From the NCBI GenBank assembly GCA_023132875.1, contig JAGLXN010000017.1:22142-86141 (forward strand): a stretch of 64,000 nt of DNA, read 5' to 3'. Below are positions 1-9,317 of the stretch, in pieces. Source of the stretch: Candidatus Parcubacteria bacterium (GTDB lineage Bacteria > Patescibacteriota > Minisyncoccia > JAHIHE01 > JAGLIN01). Position 1 is the first letter of the stretch; every line of letters begins with the position of its first letter. Under the pieces are notes generated by a model, which worked only from the letters and a program-made list of their open reading frames with translations, ran no database searches and was not told the DNA's origin. The translations under genes and the position numbers were made by a program.

Positions 1-260
1 TTTCTAAGCGTATGTGATATTGGTTTTAGCTTTTTATTGTATTTCAGCATTGTTTATAAATTATTATTTGAAGAAACTTATTTGGAATTTTTGTTATATC
101 AGGTACGAGGAGAAAATCCCCCCAGCCCCCTTTTCCAAAGGGGGAGATATAGTTTTTTCCAAAACTATCTCTTTTAATTTCATAAACAAACGAATCTTCA
201 AATCCTTATCTTTCTTCTATAACTCTAACACACCCCCCAAAAAATACAAGATTTTAAGCA

Positions 261-290
261 AAAAAAGAACCACCGATGGTGGTTTTATTT
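261..290 (-). terminator. Rho-independent terminator downstream of the SIS gene (stem AACCACC/GGTGGTT, U-run on the minus-strand transcript)
   Basis: Perfect 7-bp stem with a 3-nt loop immediately after the stop codon at 289; A-run on plus strand corresponds to a U-run on the minus transcript. Confidence 0.6.
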
Positions 291-894
291 ATTCTAAATT
301 ACGATGCATTTCTCTGAGTTTTTCTGGAGTAATTTTGTCTTTTTTTATTATATATGCATTTAGCACTTCAAATAAAACAAGTGCTGTTAATTCAAATTTT
401 GTTCCCAACGGCATAATATTTTCTGGTTCCTCCGTGTTTCGTCCTGGAACTTCGATAACAATATCAGCTAGTTTTCCAATTGTGGATTCTTCTGGAAAAG
501 TTGTTACTACTATTAATTTTGCTCCTATCTCTTTTGCTGCTTTGGCAATACTTAATTGTCCTTTAGTTTCTCCCGAACCAGTAAACATTATTACTGCACA
601 ATCTTTAGAGATTCTTGGTCTAGTTGTGTCATCAATATAGTAAGCCTTTCCAACTATTTGCAACGCATGAAAAAGACGTTGAACAATAAACTGAGCAATA
701 AATCCAGACCTTCCAGCTCCTGTCGTAATTATAATAGGAGCTTTTTTTATCAACTCATAAATTTTCTCAAATTTTTCTTCTTGAGCAACTGAAATACTAC
801 CCGCATTAAAACTTATTGCGCTTATAAGCTCTTGGGCTATTTCGTGAAAGACTATTTCTTCTTCTGCTTCTTCTGCTTCTTCTGCTTCTGTCAA
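289..894 (-). CDS. SIS-domain sugar-phosphate isomerase (6-phospho-3-hexuloisomerase-like); N-terminal (AEE)n repeat
   Basis: ORF translation has the SIS motif IIITTGAGRSGFIAQ...MFTGSGET; N-terminal AEEAEEAEEE is encoded by a 9-bp tandem repeat TTCTGCTTC x3. Confidence 0.6.
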   Translation of the reverse strand: MTEAEEAEEAEEEIVFHEIAQELISAISFNAGSISVAQEEKFEKIYELIKKAPIIITTGAGRSGFIAQFIVQRLFHALQIVGKAYYIDDTTRPRISKDCAVIMFTGSGETKGQLSIAKAAKEIGAKLIVVTTFPEESTIGKLADIVIEVPGRNTEEPENIMPLGTKFELTALVLFEVLNAYIIKKDKITPEKLREMHRNLE

Positions 895-961
895 AGTACA
901 TTCCTCCTATTCTTATATTACCTTTATCTACACTCTAATCTTTTTATAAAAAATGTCAAAC

Positions 962-995
962 AAAAAACAATTTATACTAGTATAAATTGTTTTTT
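962..995. terminator. Perfect 16-bp palindrome AAAAAACAATTTATAC-TAG-GTATAAATTGTTTTTT, a bidirectional terminator-like hairpin
   Basis: Seen directly; U-runs on both strands; sits between the SIS gene start region and tRNA-Leu. Confidence 0.45.
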
Positions 996-1099
996 CTTAT
1001 GTGCCGGAGGAGGGAATCGCCACAGGGATAAACCCGTGGCGCCCCGTCGAATGACAGGAGCGAACCCTTTATAATTTTATACGATTACAATTTTAATAG

Positions 1100-1181
1100 T
1101 GCCGATGGTGGGAGTCGAACCCACAAGCCTTGCGGCACACGATTTTGAGTCGTGCATGTTTGCCAATTTCATCACATCGGC
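1100..1181 (-). tRNA. tRNA-Leu (anticodon CAA), type II with long variable arm; CCA not encoded
   Basis: Manual fold: acceptor GCCGATG/CATCGGC, anticodon stem CACGA/TCGTG with loop CTCAAAA, variable hairpin GCC-GCAA-GGC, T-arm GTGGG-TTCGACT-CCCAC. Confidence 0.85.
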
Positions 1182-1297
1182 GAATTCGTATAACATGTAA
1201 CGTGTAACTTATAACCTGTAATGCAATTTTTATCACACTCAGGTTACACGTTATACGTTATACGCCAACAATCTAACAATACAACAATTTAATGCTA

Positions 1298-1327
1298 TTT
1301 GTCAATTACAGCTGCATATATTATAAT
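1298..1327 (+). promoter_or_regulatory. Candidate sigma70-like promoter (TTGTCA, 18 nt, TATAAT) ending 6 nt before the parA ATG; a leaderless transcript is possible
   Basis: Hexamers read directly; no SD upstream of ATG 1334. Confidence 0.3.
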
Positions 1328-1333
1328 ATAAAT

Positions 1334-2098
1334 ATGATAATTGCTTTAGTAAACCAAAAAGGGGGAGTAGGAAAGTCAACAACTGCTGTAAATTTGGGGG
1401 CCTATTTGGTCGCGCATGATAAAAAAGTTCTTTTGATTGATATGGACCCGCAAGCAAACGCGACGACAGGACTTGGCTTTAGGCCGGAAAATATAGAAAA
1501 GAATATTTATGATGTTATTTCCGGAAAAACACTTCTTCAAGATGCTATTATAAAAACATCTTTATTGGGCTATAATATTGTTCCCGCAACGCAAGATTTA
1601 GCGGGAGCAACGGTTGAGCTTGTAGAAGCGACAGAGAGAGAATTCAAATTCTATAATGCGATTAAAAACATTAGAAATGATTATGACTATATTTTAATTG
1701 ACTGTCCGCCGAGTTTAGGACTATTAACCGTAAATAGCTTAGCTGCCGCGGACAAAATTGTTATTCCGATTCAATGCGAGTATTATGCCTTGGAAGGATT
1801 AAGCCAATTGTTAAATTCAATAGATTTAATTAAAACAAATCTCAAAGAAGATCTGAAAGTTATGGGCGCGGTTCTGACTATGTATGACAAAAGAAACCAG
1901 CTTGCGCATCAAGTTGAAAAAGAAGTTAGAAGACATTTCCCAGGATATGTTTTTGATGCTGTAATTCCAAGAAATGTCGCACTTGCCGAAGCTCCAAGTT
2001 TCGGAAAAACTATTTTGCAATATGCTCCTGATAGCGCGGGAGCAAGAGCTTATGATTATTTGGCGAGAGAAATGATAAAACTGGAATCTGGAATTTAG
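1334..2098 (+). CDS. parA: ParA/Soj chromosome partitioning ATPase
   Basis: Deviant Walker A KGGVGKSTTAVNLGA; start placed at the internal Met (MIIALVNQKGG); the six-frame ORF begins at 1292. Confidence 0.9.
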   Translation: MIIALVNQKGGVGKSTTAVNLGAYLVAHDKKVLLIDMDPQANATTGLGFRPENIEKNIYDVISGKTLLQDAIIKTSLLGYNIVPATQDLAGATVELVEATEREFKFYNAIKNIRNDYDYILIDCPPSLGLLTVNSLAAADKIVIPIQCEYYALEGLSQLLNSIDLIKTNLKEDLKVMGAVLTMYDKRNQLAHQVEKEVRRHFPGYVFDAVIPRNVALAEAPSFGKTILQYAPDSAGARAYDYLAREMIKLESGI

Positions 2099-2143
2099 AA
2101 TTTTTTCAATTTCAATCAATTTAAATCTTAGCTAATTTATTTT

Positions 2144-3025
2144 ATGATGAAAAAAACAAGCTTAGGAACAGGATTGTCTTCTTTGATTCCAAACAAATTA
2201 AATAAAGAAAATAATACTCCGTTAGAAAAGAAAAAGTTTTCTAGTTCTAATGAAGTGGTTAAAATTCCGATTGAAAATGTTGCTCCTAACCCAAATCAAC
2301 CAAGATATTATTTTGACGAAGATAATTTAAAAGAACTATCAGAATCAATAAAAGAGCATGGCGTTATTCAGCCCATACTTGTTACGAAAATAGGCAATAA
2401 TAAATATGAGCTTATAGCTGGTGAAAGAAGGCTTCAGGCCACAAAACTGGCAGGAATTAAGGAAATCCCGGCAATTGTCCGATTAGCAACAAATCAAGAA
2501 AAATTAGAACTTGCTCTTATAGAGAATGTCCAAAGGCATAATCTTAACCCGATTGAAGAAGCAAAAGCATATAAAAAACTTCAGACTGAATTTAATTTAA
2601 CTCAGGAAGAAATCGCAAAAAAAACGGGAAAGAGCAGGTCTGCGATTGCAAATATAGTAAGACTTTTAGATCTGCCAGTTGAAATTCAGCGGGGAATTAT
2701 TGAAGAAAAAATAACCGAAGGGCACGCAAGAGCAATTATTGGACTTAAAAATCCGGAAAAGCAACGGGCTTTGTATGAATTGATTTTAAAAAATAATCTT
2801 ACCGTTAGAGGTACTGAGAATAAGGCTAGAGAAGTTACCATACATACTCATAAAAGAAAAATAATAAAACAAACCGATTCGTACATCCAAGATCTAGAAG
2901 ACAAAATCCAACAAAAGCTCGGCACAAAGGTCCAAATTAAAAAAAGAGGCACTTCAGGAAAAATTACAATTGACTTTTTTTCAGAGGAGGAGTTTGAAAA
3001 GATAATCAAGATATTAAATCGTTAA
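2144..3025 (+). CDS. parB: ParB/Spo0J partition protein
   Basis: ParB box GVIQPILV...LIAGERRLQA and an HTH region; located directly after parA. Confidence 0.9.
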   Translation: MMKKTSLGTGLSSLIPNKLNKENNTPLEKKKFSSSNEVVKIPIENVAPNPNQPRYYFDEDNLKELSESIKEHGVIQPILVTKIGNNKYELIAGERRLQATKLAGIKEIPAIVRLATNQEKLELALIENVQRHNLNPIEEAKAYKKLQTEFNLTQEEIAKKTGKSRSAIANIVRLLDLPVEIQRGIIEEKITEGHARAIIGLKNPEKQRALYELILKNNLTVRGTENKAREVTIHTHKRKIIKQTDSYIQDLEDKIQQKLGTKVQIKKRGTSGKITIDFFSEEEFEKIIKILNR

Positions 3026-3169
3026 ATAGCAAAATATATCACCCATTACTATCTTTGCTTAATTCTAGCTAAAATTTTGGCTATTGACATATAATCTTAT
3101 TGTGATATTATAATGCTAATAATTTTGCCCGCATAATTTCGGGGCCTTTTTAATTGATAAAATAAAAAA

Positions 3170-3628
3170 ATGGTTAAGCAATTTATAACAGAAGAAGGTT
3201 TAAAAAAATTAAAAGAAGAGCTTAATTATCTTAAAACAGAAAAAAGACAAGAAATATCAAGAAGGATTCAAGCCGCAAAAGAATTAGGAGATTTGAGCGA
3301 GAACGCGGAATATTCAGAAGCAAAAGAACAGCAAGCGCTTAATGAAGGAAAAATCGCAGAAATGGAAGAAACACTTAAAAACGCTCAGACAATAGACAAC
3401 GATCATAATTCTAATATAGTTAGTGTTGGCTCTACTATTACAATAAAAAACGAGGGGAAAAAGCGAACTTATACAATAGTCGGATCAAATGAAGCAAATC
3501 CTTCCGAAGGAAAAATTTCAAACGAAACCCCCCTTGCTATATCTTTTTTAGGACATAAGGTTAGTGAAAAAGTTGAAGTTGAAACGCCAAAAGGAAAAGT
3601 GGAATATAAAATTATTAAGATAGAATAG
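3170..3628 (+). CDS. greA: Transcription elongation factor GreA
   Basis: N-terminal coiled coil with the GDLSENAEY motif; 152 aa. Confidence 0.85.
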   Translation: MVKQFITEEGLKKLKEELNYLKTEKRQEISRRIQAAKELGDLSENAEYSEAKEQQALNEGKIAEMEETLKNAQTIDNDHNSNIVSVGSTITIKNEGKKRTYTIVGSNEANPSEGKISNETPLAISFLGHKVSEKVEVETPKGKVEYKIIKIE

Positions 3629-4066
3629 TCTGATTATTTTTTGATTATAAATAAAAATTTAAGGAGATGAGAATATAAAAAATATAGAAAGCGATCCAAT
3701 TGATCTCTCGAGATTACCGGAGGGAAAATACACAGTAGTCGGAAAAGAAGAGAATTCTTCTTCTACTACTGCTATAGTAGAAAAAGTAAAAGATGGTAAT
3801 TCTTGTATACATAAGATTCGTTTTCCTATGTTTATAGGGTATCGTTTTGCTATGAAAAACACCTTTGAAATTAATGAAGAAGGAAAGTTAATGTGTTCAA
3901 AAAATTTACAAATATAACTCTGTGAAAAATAAAGCAGAGTATTTTTTTGACTAATTCTAAATAAAATAGTATTATTTATAAAGAATGTTGTTGCTTAAGG
4001 ACGACATTTACAAATATCCGCAAATATCATTTTCAGGCGGTTTTTAAAATAAATTTAACCAAACTA

Positions 4067-6145
4067 ATGATAAATGAACTAAAACAAGCTCGGCTTGATA
4101 AGCTGAATAAAATTAGAGAAGCAAGCGTAGATCCGTATCCCGCGAAATGCGGAAAAACGCATGCCATAAAACAAGCTCTTGATAATTTTGATAATTTTTC
4201 TAAATCAGAAAAGGAGATTGTTTTGGCAGGCAGAATTATGGCTATTCGCGGCCATGGTGGATCAACTTTTATTAATATTGAAGACGGCTCCGGAAAAATA
4301 CAGGTTTATTTAAAAAAAGACGAGCTCGGAGAGAAAAAATATCAATTTTTGGAGAATTTTGATTTAGGAGATTTTATTCAAGCAAAAGGCAGTTTATTTA
4401 TTACTAAGAAGGGCGAGAAAACTTTATTAGTCCAGAATTACAAAATTTTAACCAAGTCGTTGTCTCCTCTTCCGGAAAAGCGGCATGGCTTAAAAGATGA
4501 AGAAGAAAGGCTCAGAAAAAGATATTTAGATATTTTATTTGACTCGGAACTAAAAAAAGTATTTATTAAGAAAAGCATTTTCTGGAATTCAGTGCGCGAG
4601 TTTATGGTTGCAAAAGGATTTTTAGAAGTGGAAACGCCTGTTTTGGAAAATACTCCCGGAGGAGCCGATGCGAAACCATTTATTACTCATCATAACGCTT
4701 TAGACATTGATGTATATCTGCGAATCTCAGCGGGGGAACTGTGGCAGAAAAGATTGATGGTTGCCGGATTTGAAAAGACTTTTGAAATTGGAAGAATTTT
4801 TAGAAACGAAGGAATGGATGCTGAGCATTTACAGGATTATACGCAGATAGAATTTTACTGGGCCTACGCCGATTATAAAATGGCGATGGAATTAGTAAAA
4901 GAAATGTATTGCTATGCCGCTGAAAAAACTTTTGGAACTTTGGAGTTTCAAATTAAGGACTTTAAAATCAATCTTGGGAAAGAATGGAAGCGTTATGATT
5001 ATCGGGAAGAAATTAAAAAATTTACCGAAGTAGATATCTTGAAGACAGATTTAGATGAAATCAGAAAAAAATTAAGCGAACTGAAAATTAAATATGAAAA
5101 AAATTTAAATTTAGCGAGAGGAATTGACAATTTATGGAAATATTGCCGTCGAAAAATTGCCGGCCCCGGATTTCTTGTAAATATTCCCGTTATTGTTTCT
5201 CCTTTAGCGAAAAAACTTGAGGATAATCCAGAATTAGCGCAAAGATTTCAGCCTATTATCGCCGGCTCGGAAATGGGTAATGGTTATAGCGAGTTAAATG
5301 ATCCAATTGATCAGACGGAAAGATTTAAAGAGCAAATGAAATTACGGGAGGCAGGCGATGAAGAAGCGCAGATGATGGATAAAGATTTTATAGAAGCGCT
5401 GGAATTTGGCATGCCCCCGACAACCGGATTTGGTGTTTCGGAAAGGCTATTTTCATTTCTAATGAATAGACCGATTAGAGAGTGCCAGACTTTTCCGCTA
5501 ATGCGGCCGAAAGAGCTAAAAGTAAAAAATCATGAATCAGAAAAAAACAAAGTGGAAAATTATAATTTGGGAATTAATTCAAAGCAAGCTGAAAAAATTC
5601 TTGATAAATATATTAAAGATCCCATAACAAAACTTCATTGCATTGAAAGCAAGGCAATAATGAAAAAGACCGCCAAGCAATTAGGTGAAAACGAGGAGAA
5701 ATGGGGGATTGTCGGCTTGCTTCATGATATAGATTGGGAGTTGACAAAAAATAATCCAGGTGAACATTGCGTTAAAGCGATTAAGATATTAAAAAACGAA
5801 GGAGCTAATGATTTTTTAATTGAAACAATTGTTTCGCATGGTTATGGATGCGTAGATAATAAAAAATTTGAAGGCAAGAAAAGAACCACGAAAATTCAAT
5901 ATGCTCTAGCCGCATCGGAAACTTTAACTGGATTGATCATTGCTTCTGCTCTTATACAGCCCGACAAAAAGTTAGACAGCCTTTCTCTCAAATCTCTAAA
6001 AAAGAAGTTTAAAAGCAAGGGTTTTGCGGCTAATTGCGATAGAGAAATAATTAAAGAATGTGAAAAAATTGGAATAAGTCTGGATAAGTTTTTAGAAATT
6101 GGATTGAAAGCGTTACAGGAAATGAGTGAAGAAATTGGATTATAA
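4067..6145 (+). CDS. lysS: Lysyl-tRNA synthetase (class II, about 480 aa) fused in one ORF to a C-terminal HD-domain phosphohydrolase (about 190 aa, YqeK/HDIG-like)
   Basis: LysRS anticodon-binding and catalytic motifs (FRNEGMDAEHLQDYTQIEFYWAYADY; C-terminal ...FPLMRPK). It continues without a stop into H...LLHDIDWE...H...H, an HD signature. Confidence 0.85.
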   Translation: MINELKQARLDKLNKIREASVDPYPAKCGKTHAIKQALDNFDNFSKSEKEIVLAGRIMAIRGHGGSTFINIEDGSGKIQVYLKKDELGEKKYQFLENFDLGDFIQAKGSLFITKKGEKTLLVQNYKILTKSLSPLPEKRHGLKDEEERLRKRYLDILFDSELKKVFIKKSIFWNSVREFMVAKGFLEVETPVLENTPGGADAKPFITHHNALDIDVYLRISAGELWQKRLMVAGFEKTFEIGRIFRNEGMDAEHLQDYTQIEFYWAYADYKMAMELVKEMYCYAAEKTFGTLEFQIKDFKINLGKEWKRYDYREEIKKFTEVDILKTDLDEIRKKLSELKIKYEKNLNLARGIDNLWKYCRRKIAGPGFLVNIPVIVSPLAKKLEDNPELAQRFQPIIAGSEMGNGYSELNDPIDQTERFKEQMKLREAGDEEAQMMDKDFIEALEFGMPPTTGFGVSERLFSFLMNRPIRECQTFPLMRPKELKVKNHESEKNKVENYNLGINSKQAEKILDKYIKDPITKLHCIESKAIMKKTAKQLGENEEKWGIVGLLHDIDWELTKNNPGEHCVKAIKILKNEGANDFLIETIVSHGYGCVDNKKFEGKKRTTKIQYALAASETLTGLIIASALIQPDKKLDSLSLKSLKKKFKSKGFAANCDREIIKECEKIGISLDKFLEIGLKALQEMSEEIGL

Positions 6146-6151
6146 TTTTTT

Positions 6152-6601
6152 ATGTCTCAAACTAAAATTACAAATACAAAGCAGATATCGTACAACAAAA
6201 TTAAAGTGATGACATTTGGAACTTTTGACATTTTTCATCCGGGACATGAAAGTTTTTTGAAGCAAGCGAGAAAGTTTGGAGATTATTTGATTGTTGTTAT
6301 TGCCAGAGATAAAACAGTTGGAATAGTCAAGAAAAGATTTTCACAAAATAATGAAATTAATAGGCAGCGGGCTGTAGTAAAAAGCAATTTAGCAGATAAG
6401 GTAATTCTTGGAAGCTTGAAAGATAAATATCAAGTGATTAAAAAATATCAGCCGGAAATTATTTGTCTGGGTTATGATCAAACAGTATTTATAGAAAATT
6501 TACGGGAGAAGTTAAAAGAGTTTGGCATGGAAAAAACCAAGATTGTAAAATTAAAGCCTTATTGTTCAGAGAAATATAAATCGTCTAAATTGAGAGATTA
6601 A
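6152..6601 (+). CDS. Cytidylyltransferase-like HxGH nucleotidyltransferase (RibL-type FMN adenylyltransferase-like; NMNAT-like not excluded)
   Basis: GTFDIFHPGH motif; the true start is probably at Met 6209 (MTFGTFD). Confidence 0.55.
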   Translation: MSQTKITNTKQISYNKIKVMTFGTFDIFHPGHESFLKQARKFGDYLIVVIARDKTVGIVKKRFSQNNEINRQRAVVKSNLADKVILGSLKDKYQVIKKYQPEIICLGYDQTVFIENLREKLKEFGMEKTKIVKLKPYCSEKYKSSKLRD

Positions 6602-6611
6602 ATTTTTTAAT

Positions 6612-6657
6612 AGCACGTAGACGAGCACTGACTAAAAATGCAAATAAACACAGATAT
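6612..6657. repeat. Repeat family E copy (AACACTGA / AACACAGA 8-mer units) 12 bp after the stop
   Basis: GACGAGCACTGACTAAAAATGCAAATAAACACAGATA; related copies at 8026 and 16757. Confidence 0.5.
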
Positions 6658-6760
6658 TATTACTAACTTAATGGTATTCTAGAAATGATTTACACTGACG
6701 AAATTAAAACAATGCAACCGATTGTTTTAAATGGTGATTTAACAAAAATTAACTAAAATT

Positions 6761-8014
6761 ATGTTAGATATAAAATTTATAAGAGAAAATCTGAATATTG
6801 TAAAGGAAGAGATTAAAAAAAGAGGGATGAAAATTGACTTAGATTCTTTTCTTGATTTAGACGAGCAAAAAAGAGAACTTCAACAGGAAGTGGAAAATTT
6901 AAGAAAAAAACAGAATGAGGCAAATAAAACTATTTCTCAAAGTAAAGATAAAAAGATTATTTCGAAAATGAAAGAGGTTAAATTAAAATTGTCTGAGTTG
7001 GAACCAAGGTTAAAAAATTTAGAGAAAAAACTAAAAGATATTTCACTACAACTACCGAATATAACTCATGAAAGTGTGCCAGTCGGATCGGATGAATTGG
7101 GAAATGTTGTTGTGAAAAAATGGGGAGAAAAACCAAAGTTTGATTTTTCGCCGAAAGAGCATTTTGAAATAGAAAGCGTTAAAAATTTAATTGACACCAA
7201 AAGAGGCGCAAAGGTTTCAGGGACGAGATTTTGGTATTTGAAAGGCGACTTGGCAAGATTGGAATTTGCTCTAATGCAATACGCTCTTGAATTTTATTCC
7301 AATAAAGGATTTGAACCGATGATTGTGCCAATGCTGGTCAGAGAGCCGGCGATGTATGGAACAGGATTTTTTCCGGCGGAGAAAAATGAAATTTACAATG
7401 TTAACGCTGATGAGGATAATTTATTTTTAGTCGGAACAGCGGAAGTTCCACTAGCGGCTTACCATATGAATGAAGTTTTGGATTTAGAAAACGGACCTAA
7501 AAAATATATGGGCTATTCAAGCTGTTTTCGCAGGGAGGCTGGAACTTACGGCAAAGATATAAAAGGGATTTTGCGCGGGCATCAATTTAATAAAATTGAA
7601 ATGTTTATTTTTTGTAAACCGGAAGAATCTTGGAATTTGCATGAAGAATTATTAAAATACGCGGAAGAATTTTTACAGTCTTTGAATTTGCATTATCAAG
7701 TTTTAAATATGTGCACGGGCGATATCGGCGCGCCGAACGCAAAAAAATACGATATTGAAACGTGGATACCGGGGCAAAATAAATACCGCGAGACGCATTC
7801 TTGTTCTAACGATACTGATTTTCAAGCGCGGAGATTAAATTGTAAGTTTACTGATAAGGATGGAAAGAAAAAATTTGTCCATACTTTAAATAACACCGGT
7901 TGCGCTGATCTGCGAGTTTTGATCGCCATTCTTGAAAACTACCAACAAAAAAACGGCACCATTATCGTGCCGGAGGTTTTAAGGAAATGGATAGGAAAGG
8001 ATGTTATTGAATAA
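6761..8014 (+). CDS. serS: Seryl-tRNA synthetase
   Basis: N-terminal coiled-coil arm; class II motifs FRREAG and GTAEVPL. Confidence 0.9.
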   Translation: MLDIKFIRENLNIVKEEIKKRGMKIDLDSFLDLDEQKRELQQEVENLRKKQNEANKTISQSKDKKIISKMKEVKLKLSELEPRLKNLEKKLKDISLQLPNITHESVPVGSDELGNVVVKKWGEKPKFDFSPKEHFEIESVKNLIDTKRGAKVSGTRFWYLKGDLARLEFALMQYALEFYSNKGFEPMIVPMLVREPAMYGTGFFPAEKNEIYNVNADEDNLFLVGTAEVPLAAYHMNEVLDLENGPKKYMGYSSCFRREAGTYGKDIKGILRGHQFNKIEMFIFCKPEESWNLHEELLKYAEEFLQSLNLHYQVLNMCTGDIGAPNAKKYDIETWIPGQNKYRETHSCSNDTDFQARRLNCKFTDKDGKKKFVHTLNNTGCADLRVLIAILENYQQKNGTIIVPEVLRKWIGKDVIE

Positions 8015-8025
8015 TTCGACACAGA

Positions 8026-8122
8026 CGAACACTGACTAAAGGCACTGACAAACACAGATAAAAATTTAAAATAATCAGTGTTCATTTGTGCCTTTGGTCT
8101 GTGTTTATCAGTGTGCTATTAA
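8026..8122. repeat. Repeat family E, full inverted-repeat copy filling the serS-hydrolase spacer
   Basis: Arm CACAGACGAACACTGACTAAAGGCACTGACAAACACAGAT and inverted arm ATCAGTGTTCATTTGTGCCTTTGGTCTGTGTTTATCAGTGTG. Confidence 0.55.
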
Positions 8123-8128
8123 TTTAAT

Positions 8129-9031
8129 ATGGACAATCCCCAAACCAAAATCTCTGAAAAACAAATTCAAATCAATGGTTTGAATATAAATTATAAAACA
8201 ATCGGCGATGGGAAAATCCCGATTGTTTTGTTGCATGGGTGGGGAGTGTCAAGCGATAAATATACAGAATTAATAAAAATATTATACTCAATACTCAATA
8301 CTCAATATTCAATATTCATCCTTGATCTTCCCGGATTTGGAAAAAGCGACGAACCGAAAGAAAACTGGAATTTGGATGATTATGTTGAGTTTGTGGATGA
8401 ATTTATTAAAAAGACAAGTAGAAAAGGCGGATTTGAGTTAGTTAAAAATATATTAGAGAAAATGCAAGAAGGCTCCACAGGGCTATCGCCACAATGGAGC
8501 CAACGATCTTCTTGTCGACAAAAACTAGTCTTAATCGGTCATTCGTTTGGCGGGAGAATTGCGATAAAATATGCTGTGAAATGCCCTGAAAAAATTGATA
8601 AATTGATTTTAACCGGAGCGGCGGGAATTAAGCGTAAATTGACCGTAAAACAGAAAATATTCTTTATTTTGGCAAAAATAGGAAAGAAAATTTTTTCTTT
8701 GCCGTTAATTAATAATTTAGAAAAATACGCGCAAAAAATATTATACAAAGCTACTAAGGAAAAAGATTATTACCAAGCCAGCCCGAGGATGAAAGAAGTA
8801 ATGAAAAATGTTTTAGATGAAGACTTAACAGATTATTTAGATAAAATAAAAAATCACACTTTATTAGTTTGGGGAAAAGAAGACAAAACCACGCCTTTAG
8901 CTGATGGAAAAATTATGAATGAGAAAATTGAGAATTCCAAGTTAATTGTGGTTGATGACGCTAATCATAGTTTGCCATATCAGAAGGCTGAGAAGTTTGT
9001 GAAAATTGTGGAAAAGTTTATAAAAAAATGA
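8129..9031 (+). CDS. Alpha/beta-hydrolase fold protein
   Basis: HGWG oxyanion region and GHSFGG nucleophile elbow; carries two in-frame inserts (a heptamer array and a GC-rich hairpin). Confidence 0.75.
   Translation: MDNPQTKISEKQIQINGLNINYKTIGDGKIPIVLLHGWGVSSDKYTELIKILYSILNTQYSIFILDLPGFGKSDEPKENWNLDDYVEFVDEFIKKTSRKGGFELVKNILEKMQEGSTGLSPQWSQRSSCRQKLVLIGHSFGGRIAIKYAVKCPEKIDKLILTGAAGIKRKLTVKQKIFFILAKIGKKIFSLPLINNLEKYAQKILYKATKEKDYYQASPRMKEVMKNVLDEDLTDYLDKIKNHTLLVWGKEDKTTPLADGKIMNEKIENSKLIVVDDANHSLPYQKAEKFVKIVEKFIKK
8286..8320 (+). repeat. In-frame heptanucleotide tandem array (ACTCAAT x3, ATTCAAT x2) inside the hydrolase ORF
   Basis: Seen directly; encodes ILYSILNTQYSIF. Confidence 0.7.
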
Positions 9032-9050
9032 AGAAGCAGGTTCTGCTCCT

Positions 9051-9278
9051 TCATATAAACGTAAATGGATTTTCTATTGACTCTGGGTCAATTTTAGCCA
9101 ATATTAGCAAATACAGCGCCAAAGCTGCTGCTATTATTACTATTATTGGTATAACTACAAATGTACCAAGTTGATATGACAATAACATATTTGGCAATAT
9201 TAACGATGTTAGTATTCCTCCAATTAAAAACAGGAACGCCAAAATAGTAAAAATCGTATTTTTTATAAGTTCATCCAA
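9051..9278 (-). CDS. Hypothetical small membrane protein (2 TM)
   Basis: Hydrophobic 75-aa ORF. Confidence 0.35.
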   Translation of the reverse strand: MDELIKNTIFTILAFLFLIGGILTSLILPNMLLSYQLGTFVVIPIIVIIAAALALYLLILAKIDPESIENPFTFI

Positions 9279-9317
9279 TTTAAAACCTCCGAATTTAGTA
9301 TATATTAAATAAAATTA

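Noticed and set aside
14-1074. Plus-strand ORFs 14..640, 556..792 and 832..1074
   Set aside because: They overlap the minus-strand SIS gene, terminator hairpins and the GC-rich island, and have low-complexity hydrophobic translations typical of antisense or AT-rich artefacts.
1003-1075. GC-rich island as a second tRNA
   Set aside because: No 7-bp acceptor pairing and no canonical T-arm (GGTTCGA-like) in either orientation.
3630-6760. T-box riboswitch leaders upstream of lysS, serS and gltX
   Set aside because: No T-box (AATTAGGGTGGTACCGCG-like) motif or specifier-loop architecture is visible in the short AT-rich leaders.
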